A stretch of DNA of 54,112 nt, taken from positions 1 to 54,112 of IMG/VR virus record IMGVR_UViG_3300049008_000030. One strand, written 5' to 3'. This DNA is from a virus (lineage: Duplodnaviria; Caudoviricetes). This document shows, one piece after another, positions 9,944-20,900 of this stretch (the first letter of the stretch is position 1; the number at the start of each line of letters is the position of its first letter). The notes under the pieces were generated by a model. That model was not told the origin of the DNA. It searched no databases and saw only the letters and a list, made by a program, of their open reading frames with translations. The translations under genes and the position numbers were made by a program.

Positions 9944-11134
9944 ATGTCTGAACCTATCACTTGGAGAAGCGTGGCTGCTCCTGACATGAGATCATCTGCT
10001 GCAATTATGAATGCTGGCAATGAGTCCATTAACCAAGGTATTACTTCCTTAGCTGCTTTAGCTAAAGGTTATGCTGATGAGCAAAAGGGTATTGCTGTAT
10101 CGAATGCTGTAGCTGATATGAGTAACGCTACTAATGAGGCTGATCTTGGGTCTGCATTTGCTGCTCACTCAGCTAATCTTAAGGATCATGGTATTGACCT
10201 TAAAGAGCTTATTGCGGCTAGACAAGCGCAACATACGTCCAATAACAGTGATGCTGAACTTGCGGCTCGCCAAGCTTTGAATGCTTCTGCTATAGCGATG
10301 AACAACTCTACTATAGCGGGTAATGACGTACGACAGGCAGGTGATCTTATAGACAATAATACTAAGCAAGGTGTATTGGATAATCAGGTACAGGCATTTG
10401 GTGATGCACATAATACAGTTCTCTCTAATATAGCTAACAACAATGCACAGACCGCTATTGCACAAACCAATGCGAATACTAATGCTTCACAAGCTAAAGC
10501 TGCTATTAATGAACTAGCGCTGAAGAGGAGTCTAGTAGAAGCTACGGAGAAAGCACAGAATAGATTCGTAACACTGGGTCAGGATGTAAATTATCGCAAT
10601 GCTGACGGTACTTCTAATATGGGTATGATAGTAGATACTATGCAAAAAGAGGGGTATACCATACCCAACATTGGTGCTGGTAAGCAGCTTAGTGATAATC
10701 TAGGTGACAGAGCAAATAAACTTGCTGCTGCGGCTAAGGAGGCTGAGGTCATTACAGATCGTGAAACTAAGAAGTACGAGCAAACCATAAAAGATGCGGG
10801 TGACTCTAGGAAAGCCTCTTTAAAATCTAGGATAGATGGGCTTGATACTGATACTCTTACTTCTCCTTTTGGGGGCGGTGATCGTGAGAAATTTGATGGA
10901 GCTTCTGTGCTTACATCCGCTTATGCAGCTCAGGCTAGAGATGATTCCGGTAAGATGGGGCCAATACCTACTACAGTTCTTGATAAAATATACGATCTAC
11001 ACTCTAGTAGTGGTGACATAAAAACAAAAGAGTATACGAAGGATGTAGAAGGGTATGTGGCAATGCAAGAGCAGAAATATCAAATAGGTCTTGGTAAACT
11101 TAAAAAAGAGGTAGTGAATATTCCTAATAGGTAA
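9944..11134 (+). CDS. N4 gp51-like ejection protein
   Basis: PITWR.V N-terminus; Cys-free, Ala/Asn-rich helical; synteny. Confidence 0.65.
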   Translation: MSEPITWRSVAAPDMRSSAAIMNAGNESINQGITSLAALAKGYADEQKGIAVSNAVADMSNATNEADLGSAFAAHSANLKDHGIDLKELIAARQAQHTSNNSDAELAARQALNASAIAMNNSTIAGNDVRQAGDLIDNNTKQGVLDNQVQAFGDAHNTVLSNIANNNAQTAIAQTNANTNASQAKAAINELALKRSLVEATEKAQNRFVTLGQDVNYRNADGTSNMGMIVDTMQKEGYTIPNIGAGKQLSDNLGDRANKLAAAAKEAEVITDRETKKYEQTIKDAGDSRKASLKSRIDGLDTDTLTSPFGGGDREKFDGASVLTSAYAAQARDDSGKMGPIPTTVLDKIYDLHSSSGDIKTKEYTKDVEGYVAMQEQKYQIGLGKLKKEVVNIPNR

Positions 11135-11220
11135 AGCCTCTGCTTACCCAGTATGTATTTATTAATTCCTTTTTACTTTCAAAACTTGTATTCTGGATGG
11201 CTTTCTATAAGGGGTCATCC

Positions 11221-11739
11221 ATGAATCAACCACTACCGCCAGTCGAACAAGCAAAAGTATTCTTCTTCTTTTTATTAATTACCCTAATGATACCTATTGG
11301 TATAGGTGTTCTGTTAATACTGGTTACATTGTGGGGCTTATATAAGATGCGAAGTACCTATGATTTTAGTTACTTGGATACTGTAAACATTATTCACAAA
11401 GGTCTTGCTGGTGTAGTTGCTGTAGGATTAGTGCTTAGTGCTATGGCTAGTAAAGAGCAAGTAGCTATAGTGCTTACATTAATGATCTACCCTGTGTACT
11501 ATTTTTTACTTACTACTCTATTCTATACTCCACTAAGTAAGCATAAGGAATGGGTAGTAGCTAATGGTATATTCTCTACTACTACAGCAGAGTCTAAGCA
11601 TACAAGGACTACACCATTGATCTCATTCGGTAAGACTGCTTCAATAGCTGATGAGTTGATTAAGTTAAATAACCTAAAAGAAGCCAATATAATTACACTA
11701 GATGAGTTTAATACACTACGCAGTAAGTTGTTGAGTTAA
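11221..11739 (+). CDS. Membrane protein with C-terminal SHOCT domain (moron-like)
   Basis: Several hydrophobic segments; SIADELIKL..L...IIT.DEF...RSKLL SHOCT signature; start 11221 preferred over 11197 (AGGGG upstream). Confidence 0.75.
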   Translation: MNQPLPPVEQAKVFFFFLLITLMIPIGIGVLLILVTLWGLYKMRSTYDFSYLDTVNIIHKGLAGVVAVGLVLSAMASKEQVAIVLTLMIYPVYYFLLTTLFYTPLSKHKEWVVANGIFSTTTAESKHTRTTPLISFGKTASIADELIKLNNLKEANIITLDEFNTLRSKLLS

Positions 11740-11745
11740 ACCCTA

Positions 11746-11812
11746 GACTTCAATAATACCTAGCCTCCCCTAGCTCGTAGAGCGTATGGGGTGGTTAGGT
11801 ATTATTGAAGTC
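11746..11812. repeat. 67-nt long imperfect palindrome/hairpin
   Basis: Perfect 17-bp arms GACTTCAATAATACCTA/TAGGTATTATTGAAGTC; apex GCTC-GTA-GAGC. Confidence 0.9.
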
Positions 11813-11917
11813 AACTGATGATAGACGTTAATTAAATAAGATATTTTTAACTCAAGTAGTTAAAATGTAATACATCTACTATAACTTGTAAGCCAATACT
11901 CACATAACGGACACATA

Positions 11918-14900
11918 ATGACCCCAGAATCACTACAACCCACACAAGGTTTTGCAAACACATCAAGCGGTAGTTTCGTAAATGTATCTAGTGATGGTTT
12001 TGCAAATACGTCAAGTGATGGTTTATTGCCTCCAGACTCTAATACTTCTTTGCTGGAAAATAAGATGAGAGGGGTTGCTACTGCTTCTGATGCTAAGAAG
12101 CATTTCCTAGATCCATCTTCTTCTATAGATCCTACGCTAACTTCACTCAAGTATCAGACTGTCGTAGATGGCGATACACTAAAGAATAAGTTAACTGGTG
12201 AAAAGAGTCGTATAACTCAGGGTGAGGAAGATACAGGATTTAGGTTTAATCCTTGGGAGGTCAAGCACGGGGACAAATTCGATGCTACTGCGGCTGCTAG
12301 GATACTTGACCAAAGGAAGGCTATTGCCAAAATTAATGGTTTACCTCTTGATTACATTCCTGATTCAGCGGTATATGGCAGAGGCGAAAACGCTAAGAGG
12401 GTATTCGGGGATCTACTTAAAGAGACAGGCGACTTCAATCTTGTAAAGACAGGTAAAATAGATATACACGATAGACCTGTAACAGAAATTTTTGCTCCTG
12501 GCTCTGATCAATCATTAGTGGCTCCTATGAATACAGAAGAGCTTAATGCTGATTACAACTCACGACACAATATAACAGGGCGAGGCATAAATGTACTCAA
12601 GAAAGCTGCTGAAAGAGAGGAAGCTACTAAGTACTCAGTTAGTGATGCTAACAGGGAAACACTGCTAGGTGGTGCAGTCAATCTTGTGGCTGGAGGAGCT
12701 GTTGCTGCCTCAGATCAGATATACAACATGGCTAAATCCCCTTTTGAGTTGCTAGGTCAGTTTACAGAACATGGTATTACCAACAAACAAAGAGAGCTGT
12801 CTGCTGCCTTAACTACCAAACAAGAAGCTGCTGGTAAAACAGGTACTACGTATACACCTACTGCTGAAGAACAAGCTATCCTTGAAACACCAGCACAGAC
12901 TTTCATGCGGGAAAATCTTAGACCTGTTCTTAATGGTGAGCGTAATATTTCTGCTAAAGATTTAATGGCAGGACTTAATACCGTAGATCCATTACAGCAA
13001 AGTATTCATGAGAAGCTACAGGAAACTGCTTTTGTAAAAGAAAATATTACAGATAAACTTACTGCGATGCAGGAAGGTAATAGAAGGCTTTATAACTCTG
13101 CTGGCTCAGATGAGTTATATAAAGAATCTAAAGGTCTTTATAACGACTCTGTTGAACCTACCTTTGTTGAAGGTGTGCAGAAGTTTAAGAAGGGTCATGT
13201 AGTTGATGGCTCCTTACAAATGGTTGATGCTATTGCTAATGCGGGAGCAGGTATCCTTAGAGTAGGAGCCAATAACAAGCAAGCGGTAGCCGAAGAAGCA
13301 GGTAAACAAATAATTAATTCCTTTGCGGCATCTAAGGCACTACTTGCAACAGCCCTTGGAATGTACACAAATACTGATTCAGAAATAACAGATAATTTTG
13401 TTAAAGAAAATGGTAGATACCCTGAAGGTAGGGAAGTTGATAACATCCATGCAGCCAGTTTTTTATCTGCAATGGCAGATTCCTATACTGATAAGTGGCT
13501 TACATCTAAACCAGGTATAGCCCTAGCTATACCCAGAGAATTTATAACTGAGGCAGGTCAAAACTTTCTTGAACAGGATGCAGCTAAACAGGGAGCATCT
13601 AAGATAGATCGGGGTGAAGTCTTTGCTAGTGGTACTATCGGTGCATTGGCAGCTGGTGGTCATTCGGTAATAACCAGCCCTGAAGCAGCTATCATAGAAG
13701 CTGCTCAGGGCGTAGGTAATATTGCTGGTGGCGCTATTTCAGGAGCTAAAAAGGCAGCTCCTACTATTCAGTGGGCTGCTCAAGCATTGGGTGACGCTGG
13801 TAGAGAGTACGGTAACGTACTACCTGATGGATTAGCAGAAGGAATGTCTGATGCTACCAAAGCTGGTTTAGCGAAACTTACTGGGGCTTTAACAGGTATG
13901 CCGACAGACTCTTTAGGGAGTGGTCTGAAAGCGGCTGGTTCATTAGCAGCTCATGCAACTAAAGAAGGCGCTAAAGCTGTTGGTGGTGCTGTAGGTGATT
14001 ACCTTGATTCAGCTTTTCCTATTTCTTCTCAAGCCATCAAGGACTTTAAGGCATCTAATCTAGTCCCAGATAAGATTAGTAATGCTGTAGATGCAGCTAA
14101 ACAAGAAGTTACAGATGCAGTTGATGAGGTAAATTCATCTACGGCAACACCTATGCCTATGGCTGATGTACTAAAGCAAGCCTCTGAAACAAAAGATCCT
14201 AGGCAGACGTTAAAAACGATGCTACAGACTGGAAACAGTCCTGCCGCTGATACTACCCCAGAAGATCGTAAAGCGTTTGTAGACCTGGCTACTGAGCATA
14301 ATACAGCGCTTGTTACGACAGCACTAGATATGGGTAAGCAGGACAAATCTGGTATGTCTGAAGCTGAACGCCAAACAGTCGTAGACAAGCAAGGAGAATT
14401 GCTTGCCGAGTTCAGAAAGAACAAAGAAACCATTGATGGTATCAAAGCTTTTAATCCAGAAGCAGATACTACGGATACTGACTTATCAATAGTAGCAAAA
14501 GCAACAACACCTGAACTAGCAAATCATCCTGATACGCTTCAAGCTATTGATCGTACTATTCGTAGTATGCGTCAACCTAATAAGGTTAGTATTGAGCAAG
14601 CAGAATCTTTACAAGCTAAAGCAACACTGACACCAGAACAGACTTCTGTAGTATCTGCTTTCATTGCAACCCAGACAGCAAAGAATGAACTTAAAAGTAT
14701 GTCCAAGGTTGGTGATGAAGTAATCTATGGTCAAAAGGCTGAGAATGGTAAGAAGGGCTTCCTTGGTATGGTAGAGCATCAAGCTATTATTGCTGATGCC
14801 TTGGATCAAAATAATATACCGGCTGCACAAAGTGCATTGGATGGATTCAAGTCATTTGCAGCTAGTCAGGCTAAGAAAGCAGCGAGTCTTACTGCCATGA

Positions 14901-17900
14901 GTGTAGCAGCAAAGGCAGAGAAATTCTCAGAGGTTAAGGCTCTCGACAAGCAGTTCAAAGAGGACTTCCCTACATTCCAACCGCTTAACAATCAAGCATC
15001 AACTGCTTTTTTAAACCTTGCTAATACTGTTGGTAAGGAAGCAGACATGCTAACTAACGCTGTAGCTGAAGCTGAGTTGCATATCAAGTTAGGTACTACA
15101 GAAGCTAAAGCTGTACCTGTTAATCAAGAAGCATCCATAATAACACCCGTAGGTACAGACAATGCAAAACTCACTAGCTCCTTGGATTCAAATACTACTC
15201 AAGCAAGCGGAACTGAACAAGGAAGTGATACCAGTATTGATACTGGATTAGAATCAGCTTTGGTTGTAGATCCAGTAATCAACAACACAACCGCAGAGCA
15301 GGTAACTACTGATACCAGTGGTAATGCTGAAGAAGAATCAATAACTGATCCTGTGGCTAAAGTAGCTGATGCAACTGAAGAGACTACAGCGGATACTACC
15401 TCAGAGGGCCTAGGTAAAGTTAGGTCTATTGCAGAAGCTATAGCCAAATACTACGGGCTACCTGAATTTAGTAACATATTCATAGGTGATCGAACAGCTC
15501 CATCAGGTAACAAATCACGGGCTTGGTACACACACGATACTGCTAATGGACATAGCCTTGGATTGTCTAGTGAGATAGTTAGCGCACTTTCATCACCAGA
15601 TGCAAGGCTACAAGCCGCTGCATTAGAAACTCTTCATCACGAACTAGGTCATCACGCAGCCGTGTCTCTGTACGCTAGTGCCTCACCTGAAGTTAGGGCA
15701 GCCGTAGATGCAGATTATGCTAAGTTTGTTGAGGAGTCCAAGACGCGTACACCAAGAGAGTCTATAGCTGCACGTAATACTATTATACGTGGTCAGGCTG
15801 TACGTGACAGGGTACGTGACCCATCACTGCCTCCTTTGACCAAGGAGCAGAATGACTACATTGCTGGCTATAGCATTGACTTCCAAGAGTGGTTAGCAGA
15901 TGAAGGTGCTAAGTATTTACTTGATCCCACTTCTATCGCTAAACTAAATCCACACACTCAAGGACTAATTCAGAAGATAGCTGCGTACTTACAAGAACTT
16001 ATCGGTAAGTTCTCTAAAGAATACGCTGTAGGTGGTGAGGGTGTAAAAGCTTTCTATAAAGAACTAGAGGATAGGCGTGTACTAGCTCGTATTAAAGAGT
16101 TATCTAAAACAAAGAATCTTACAAAGGCTCCTCCTTTTTTAATCGCTGTAATCGACTACATTGTTACTTCTAACACATCAAAAGATTATTCTTACAAACA
16201 GAACAATCATACCATTTCTGTTTTGGAAGCTTTACCTGATAAAGCCACTAACTTGGGTACACAGTCACTTGATAGCACTAGAAAGTTCTTAACAGGTAAG
16301 AAACTAAGTGACTACTACATAACCAAAGTACTCGATAAAGTTAGTAAGTACAGTGCGTTAATAACGACCCCTAATTTCTTCAGTACACTGAAAGATGCAG
16401 GTGTTAAAGAAGCACTCGGACTAACTCCAGAACAACTTAATGGACTAGCTGCGCTAACTACATTTGTAGATAAATTTGCTGAGACATTCAAAGAAGATAC
16501 CTTTACAGCTGACAGGGAACCGTTTTCAGAAGGTCTTAGCAGAAACCCTGCCTTCTATTTTATGAAGGAAAAGGGTAGAGATCCCTTTGATGAAAACTTT
16601 GTAAGTACTCTAGCAACGGTTGCTTATTCTTGGGTTGTTAATAATGCTAATAACCTTATTCAGCATAATGACGAGGGTATTAATAGGTTACTGGGTAGAG
16701 ACAGTAAGAGTAAAGTATCGGATCAAGAGCGTGAATTGTTAAGTGATAAACAGATCCTTAAGTCTGCTCTGATAACCAGCTTAGGTAAAGAGATTGTAAG
16801 TTCTTTGGGTCTTACCTTTAATACTAAAGCTGATGGTTCTGTTGAATCAAAGATGGTTGAAGCCTTGGGTATCTATGCAGTGAATACCTTGGATCACATG
16901 GGTATACTAAATAAGTCTGTGGCAATACACAAAAATATATTTCTTGCCATGAAGAATGGTAAACCTATTCCTGAAGTTAAAACACCTGCTACAGGTCAGA
17001 ATGCAATCTACTTCACAGGTGTGGCTACTACGGTTACACCTGTTAAGGATAAAAGCTATAGTAATACTGAGCTTAGTGAAAAGGTACAGAAGCTTGTAGA
17101 TGACAACCGTACGAGTAAAGGCTTGCTTACTGAGTTATTTGATTACAAACAACAAAGAGCGTTGCCCTTGCTTGTAGCCCCTACACTTAAGGATGTTCCT
17201 AAGCGTATAAAACGAGGTATTAAAAGGATACCTGAAAGGGTACGTAAAGCCCTGCATAAGTACAACTCTAATGCGTTTACCATTAACATGGGTAATCATA
17301 CTGTTTTGGATTTCTTGGAGCGTGAGCAGCAATTACGCATCTTTAAATACAATGAAAATTTAGAGGGTGTACATGATGTAAACATTAAATCTGTACAAGG
17401 AACCAATAGAACTGCTAAGAATGAGCTTGAAGCTTATCATCAATTAGTTGAACACTTGAAGCTACAGCCAGAGGGTATGTCTACACCCATGTACTTCATG
17501 TCTTCAGTCTGGAAGAGTGGTAGAGCAGGTATGGAAGGTTTGATTAATCCTCAAGCCAGTAAATTCTTTAGGCACATGATAGGTATGGCATCTTGGGAAT
17601 CTACGATTGATAGCCCTGAGAAGCTAGAGCTATTCAAGATAGCCGTTGCTGAAGCACTTGGATCAAAGGTAGATAGACAATCAAATGAAACCTCACTAGA
17701 AGCCTTTGATAGGCTACGCAATCAACCAGAAATACGAGATGGTGTTGCCAGCATTAAGTATCTTAATTCTGGTGTAGAGTTCTCTGCTGAACAGAAGCTT
17801 GCTGCACAGGAAGATATTCTAGCAGCGATTGAGAAAGGTGGTAGCGAGATGTACACGCTGGAAGCTTTAACAGCTCTTGCTACTTATTCAGAGACAGAAT

Positions 17901-20900
17901 CATTTACTACTAGAATGACTAAAGAGGTTGATGGTGTCACTAACGGGGTCATTATTGGTTTGATTCAGTTGGGAGGTTATAGACCTAAAGAGTTATTAGA
18001 GTTCTTAAAAGCTGGTGGTTTATCTGAAGATCCTAATTTTGTCTATGGTGAATGGGTAGCTAAAAACGGTAGTATGGATAACTACCAACGCATAGCAGCT
18101 ACGCTGGTTAAGTATATGACTACCTTTCGTAAAGAGCTGGATGCGAAAGACAAGAGCGGTATTGCTAAGGAGTTTACTACTAAAGAACGTGGGGACAGGG
18201 ATACTTTAGATGGTATAGAGTTCTTCATAGGTGACTTAGGGACTGCGAATGAGCTGACTAAAGCAGCCAGAGACTTAGCTAAAAATCCTGTGATGATTAC
18301 CAACTTCGGTTCAGCTATGAAGAATGTTGTCGAAGGTCTTGGTATGGGTACAGTTGAGAACTTTTATAGTATGCTTGAGGATGCTAGGGATAATCAAGTA
18401 GCTCTTGATAAAATATCAAAACAACTAAACAAAATTCTTAAGCTTGAAATACCACATAAAATCTTAAAGGCTTCGTATCTTCTTGATGTAGAGGATACTA
18501 ACGAAAATGAGGCTCTTAAGTTTAAACTTAGTAAAAACGAAACAGAAAAGTTCCAGAAGCTTGTAGCTACTTCTATTGGTTCAGGTATGAGCCATAGTAT
18601 TACAGAACATTTCCAACCATTCATTGATAAGAGAAAAGGATTAAACAATGCCATGACCTTGGTTCATGCTGCATTTATGATTAAGTACGATGCTGCGTAT
18701 AAAGCAGCTAGAGATCTTAAGGGATCTAATCTATCCAAAGAAGAAGTGAATGCTTTGGTTAAAACATTAGAACCCTCTATGGCTTCCTTTGATCATGCTA
18801 TGTCTGATGGAGAAATGGACACTGAACTGCTTGTAGCTTCTAATGAGAGTAAGACAGTTCTTATACCAGACCCAAAAAGACCGGGGGAATTTATCCCTGA
18901 TCCAGCATACACTGTGCAAGTAAACGCTAAGAAGAATCTACCACATGGGCCTAAGAGTGTTACTGCTCATGGTTCAGTAAGCTACTTTGGTTTCCCTGGC
19001 GTGGGTTCTGTTATCAAAGCTATCCATAGTTCTGATGGTGCTGTGCAATATAAACTGATGGAAACGTCTTCGGTATTGAATGTCCATGACGCTGATGTAT
19101 CAGGTATAGATGGTGCTATGGTTATGGCACAACGTCAGAACCTAGCCTTCAAAGAAATGAATGAAGATTACTCTATGCGAGCTTCTATACAGAAGTCATT
19201 GCTTAGAGCTATGAAAGAGCTTACCCCTGCTGAAGTAAAGCAGGTTGAGGCTTTACTACAGATAACTAATGATAAAGCTGAGGGGTTTCTTGGACATGAC
19301 TTTGTTAGGGCAGAAGGTGAAGGTAAGAGTAGAAAGACTGTAGCTAAGTACAAGACTATCGATGCGTTTGTTACTGAGTTTACCGACACAACCAAGATAG
19401 ACTTAGCAGCTAAGAAAGCATTGCTGGCTAGTATTAAGACTTGGGTACAGTACAATTTAAATCATGGAGGATATGTAGTCGATGAAGATTCCGAAGCTTT
19501 TTTTGCAACATTAGAAGAGATGGAAAGTTCCTTAGAACAGGAAGATGCAGCTATCAATGCTATGATGAAAGAAGAAATTGCTCAGATGAAGAAGGCAGAA
19601 AGGAATCGTATTAGCGGTAAAATTAAATCTTCTGCTACAGAAGATATAGATATAGCTAACTTTGTTGCTGATTCCTTGCCTATCACTATATCTGCTTCAA
19701 CAGTGAACTCAATCTTTGATGAGTTGGGTAAGCTTGATAATGTAACAGATCCTACAAGCCATACAGAGAATCTAAGAACTGTCTTGAATCAGTCTATTAG
19801 ACAAGTACTGAATCCAATGGAGTTACTGGTTCGTAAGCTAGGTCAGACTAATAGCGGTGTACTGTCGAAAGGTAAGATTTACCTTAATCTTGGTAACGCT
19901 GCTAGGTTACATACTACTGATCAGTCTGCTCAAGAGGTCTATGTCCATGAGCTTGTTCATGCGGTAACTGCGGCTGCACTCGCATCAAACTACTGGTTAC
20001 GTAAACAAGCCAGAAGCTTGTATGAGAAAGTACAAGACCAAATTACTCCAGAGAGTTTCTTGGATTATGATGGGCAAGGTAATATCATTGTTCCTGCGGG
20101 TAGTACAGAGGAGCAGACTATAGCCAAGGCTAAAGCTGTCTATGATCATATCTTTGATAACAACGATATTGCTAAGCTTAGTTATACGAACCCGATCACT
20201 AATGAAATAGTGCCAATTCAGTACAGCAATGGCTTACTTGAGTTTGTAGCGATGGGTACTACCAATGCTAAGTTCATTAAGATATTGGCAGGCATTAATA
20301 CCAATAAGTCTAAACGTGATCCACTAACCTATGCAGATAGAGTGTATAACGTATTCATCGGCGCAATTAATTCTGTGCTAAGTTTGATTAACAAAACCAA
20401 AGATCCAGCAGCGAATGTTGCTTTGATGAAACTGATGCACAAGTTGGCTAATGCCAACCAAGTTAAATCCAATATCATCATGCGTAAGTTTGAAGAGAAT
20501 GGTCACTTGGAAGATATTGTAAACTCTAAGCTGTATAAGGCATTGGCTTATTCTGCTTTAACCAGTAGTCAACTACTCAAGGCTAGAAAGAATAAAACAC
20601 TCTCTGCTGTGGGTAATATGATTGGTTTGAGTCAGGATACTAGCTTTGAAGCCTATAAGAAGGTAGCCGGTAAGTTAGCTCGTAGACATGGTAATTCGCA
20701 TAGAACTATTCTGTCTCAGTTAGTGACTGAAGCTGAAGGTATTACTGCTATATCGTCTGCGTACCTGCACATGCTGTCTAAGTCTAATATGCTTATTGAT
20801 CAACTTAGACGTTTGCAAGCACAGAGTGTGACTAATCAAATACTGGGTAGCTTTATTGTAGGTATGCCTTCTAAGAGTGAGGGTATAGCGATTACCAAGG

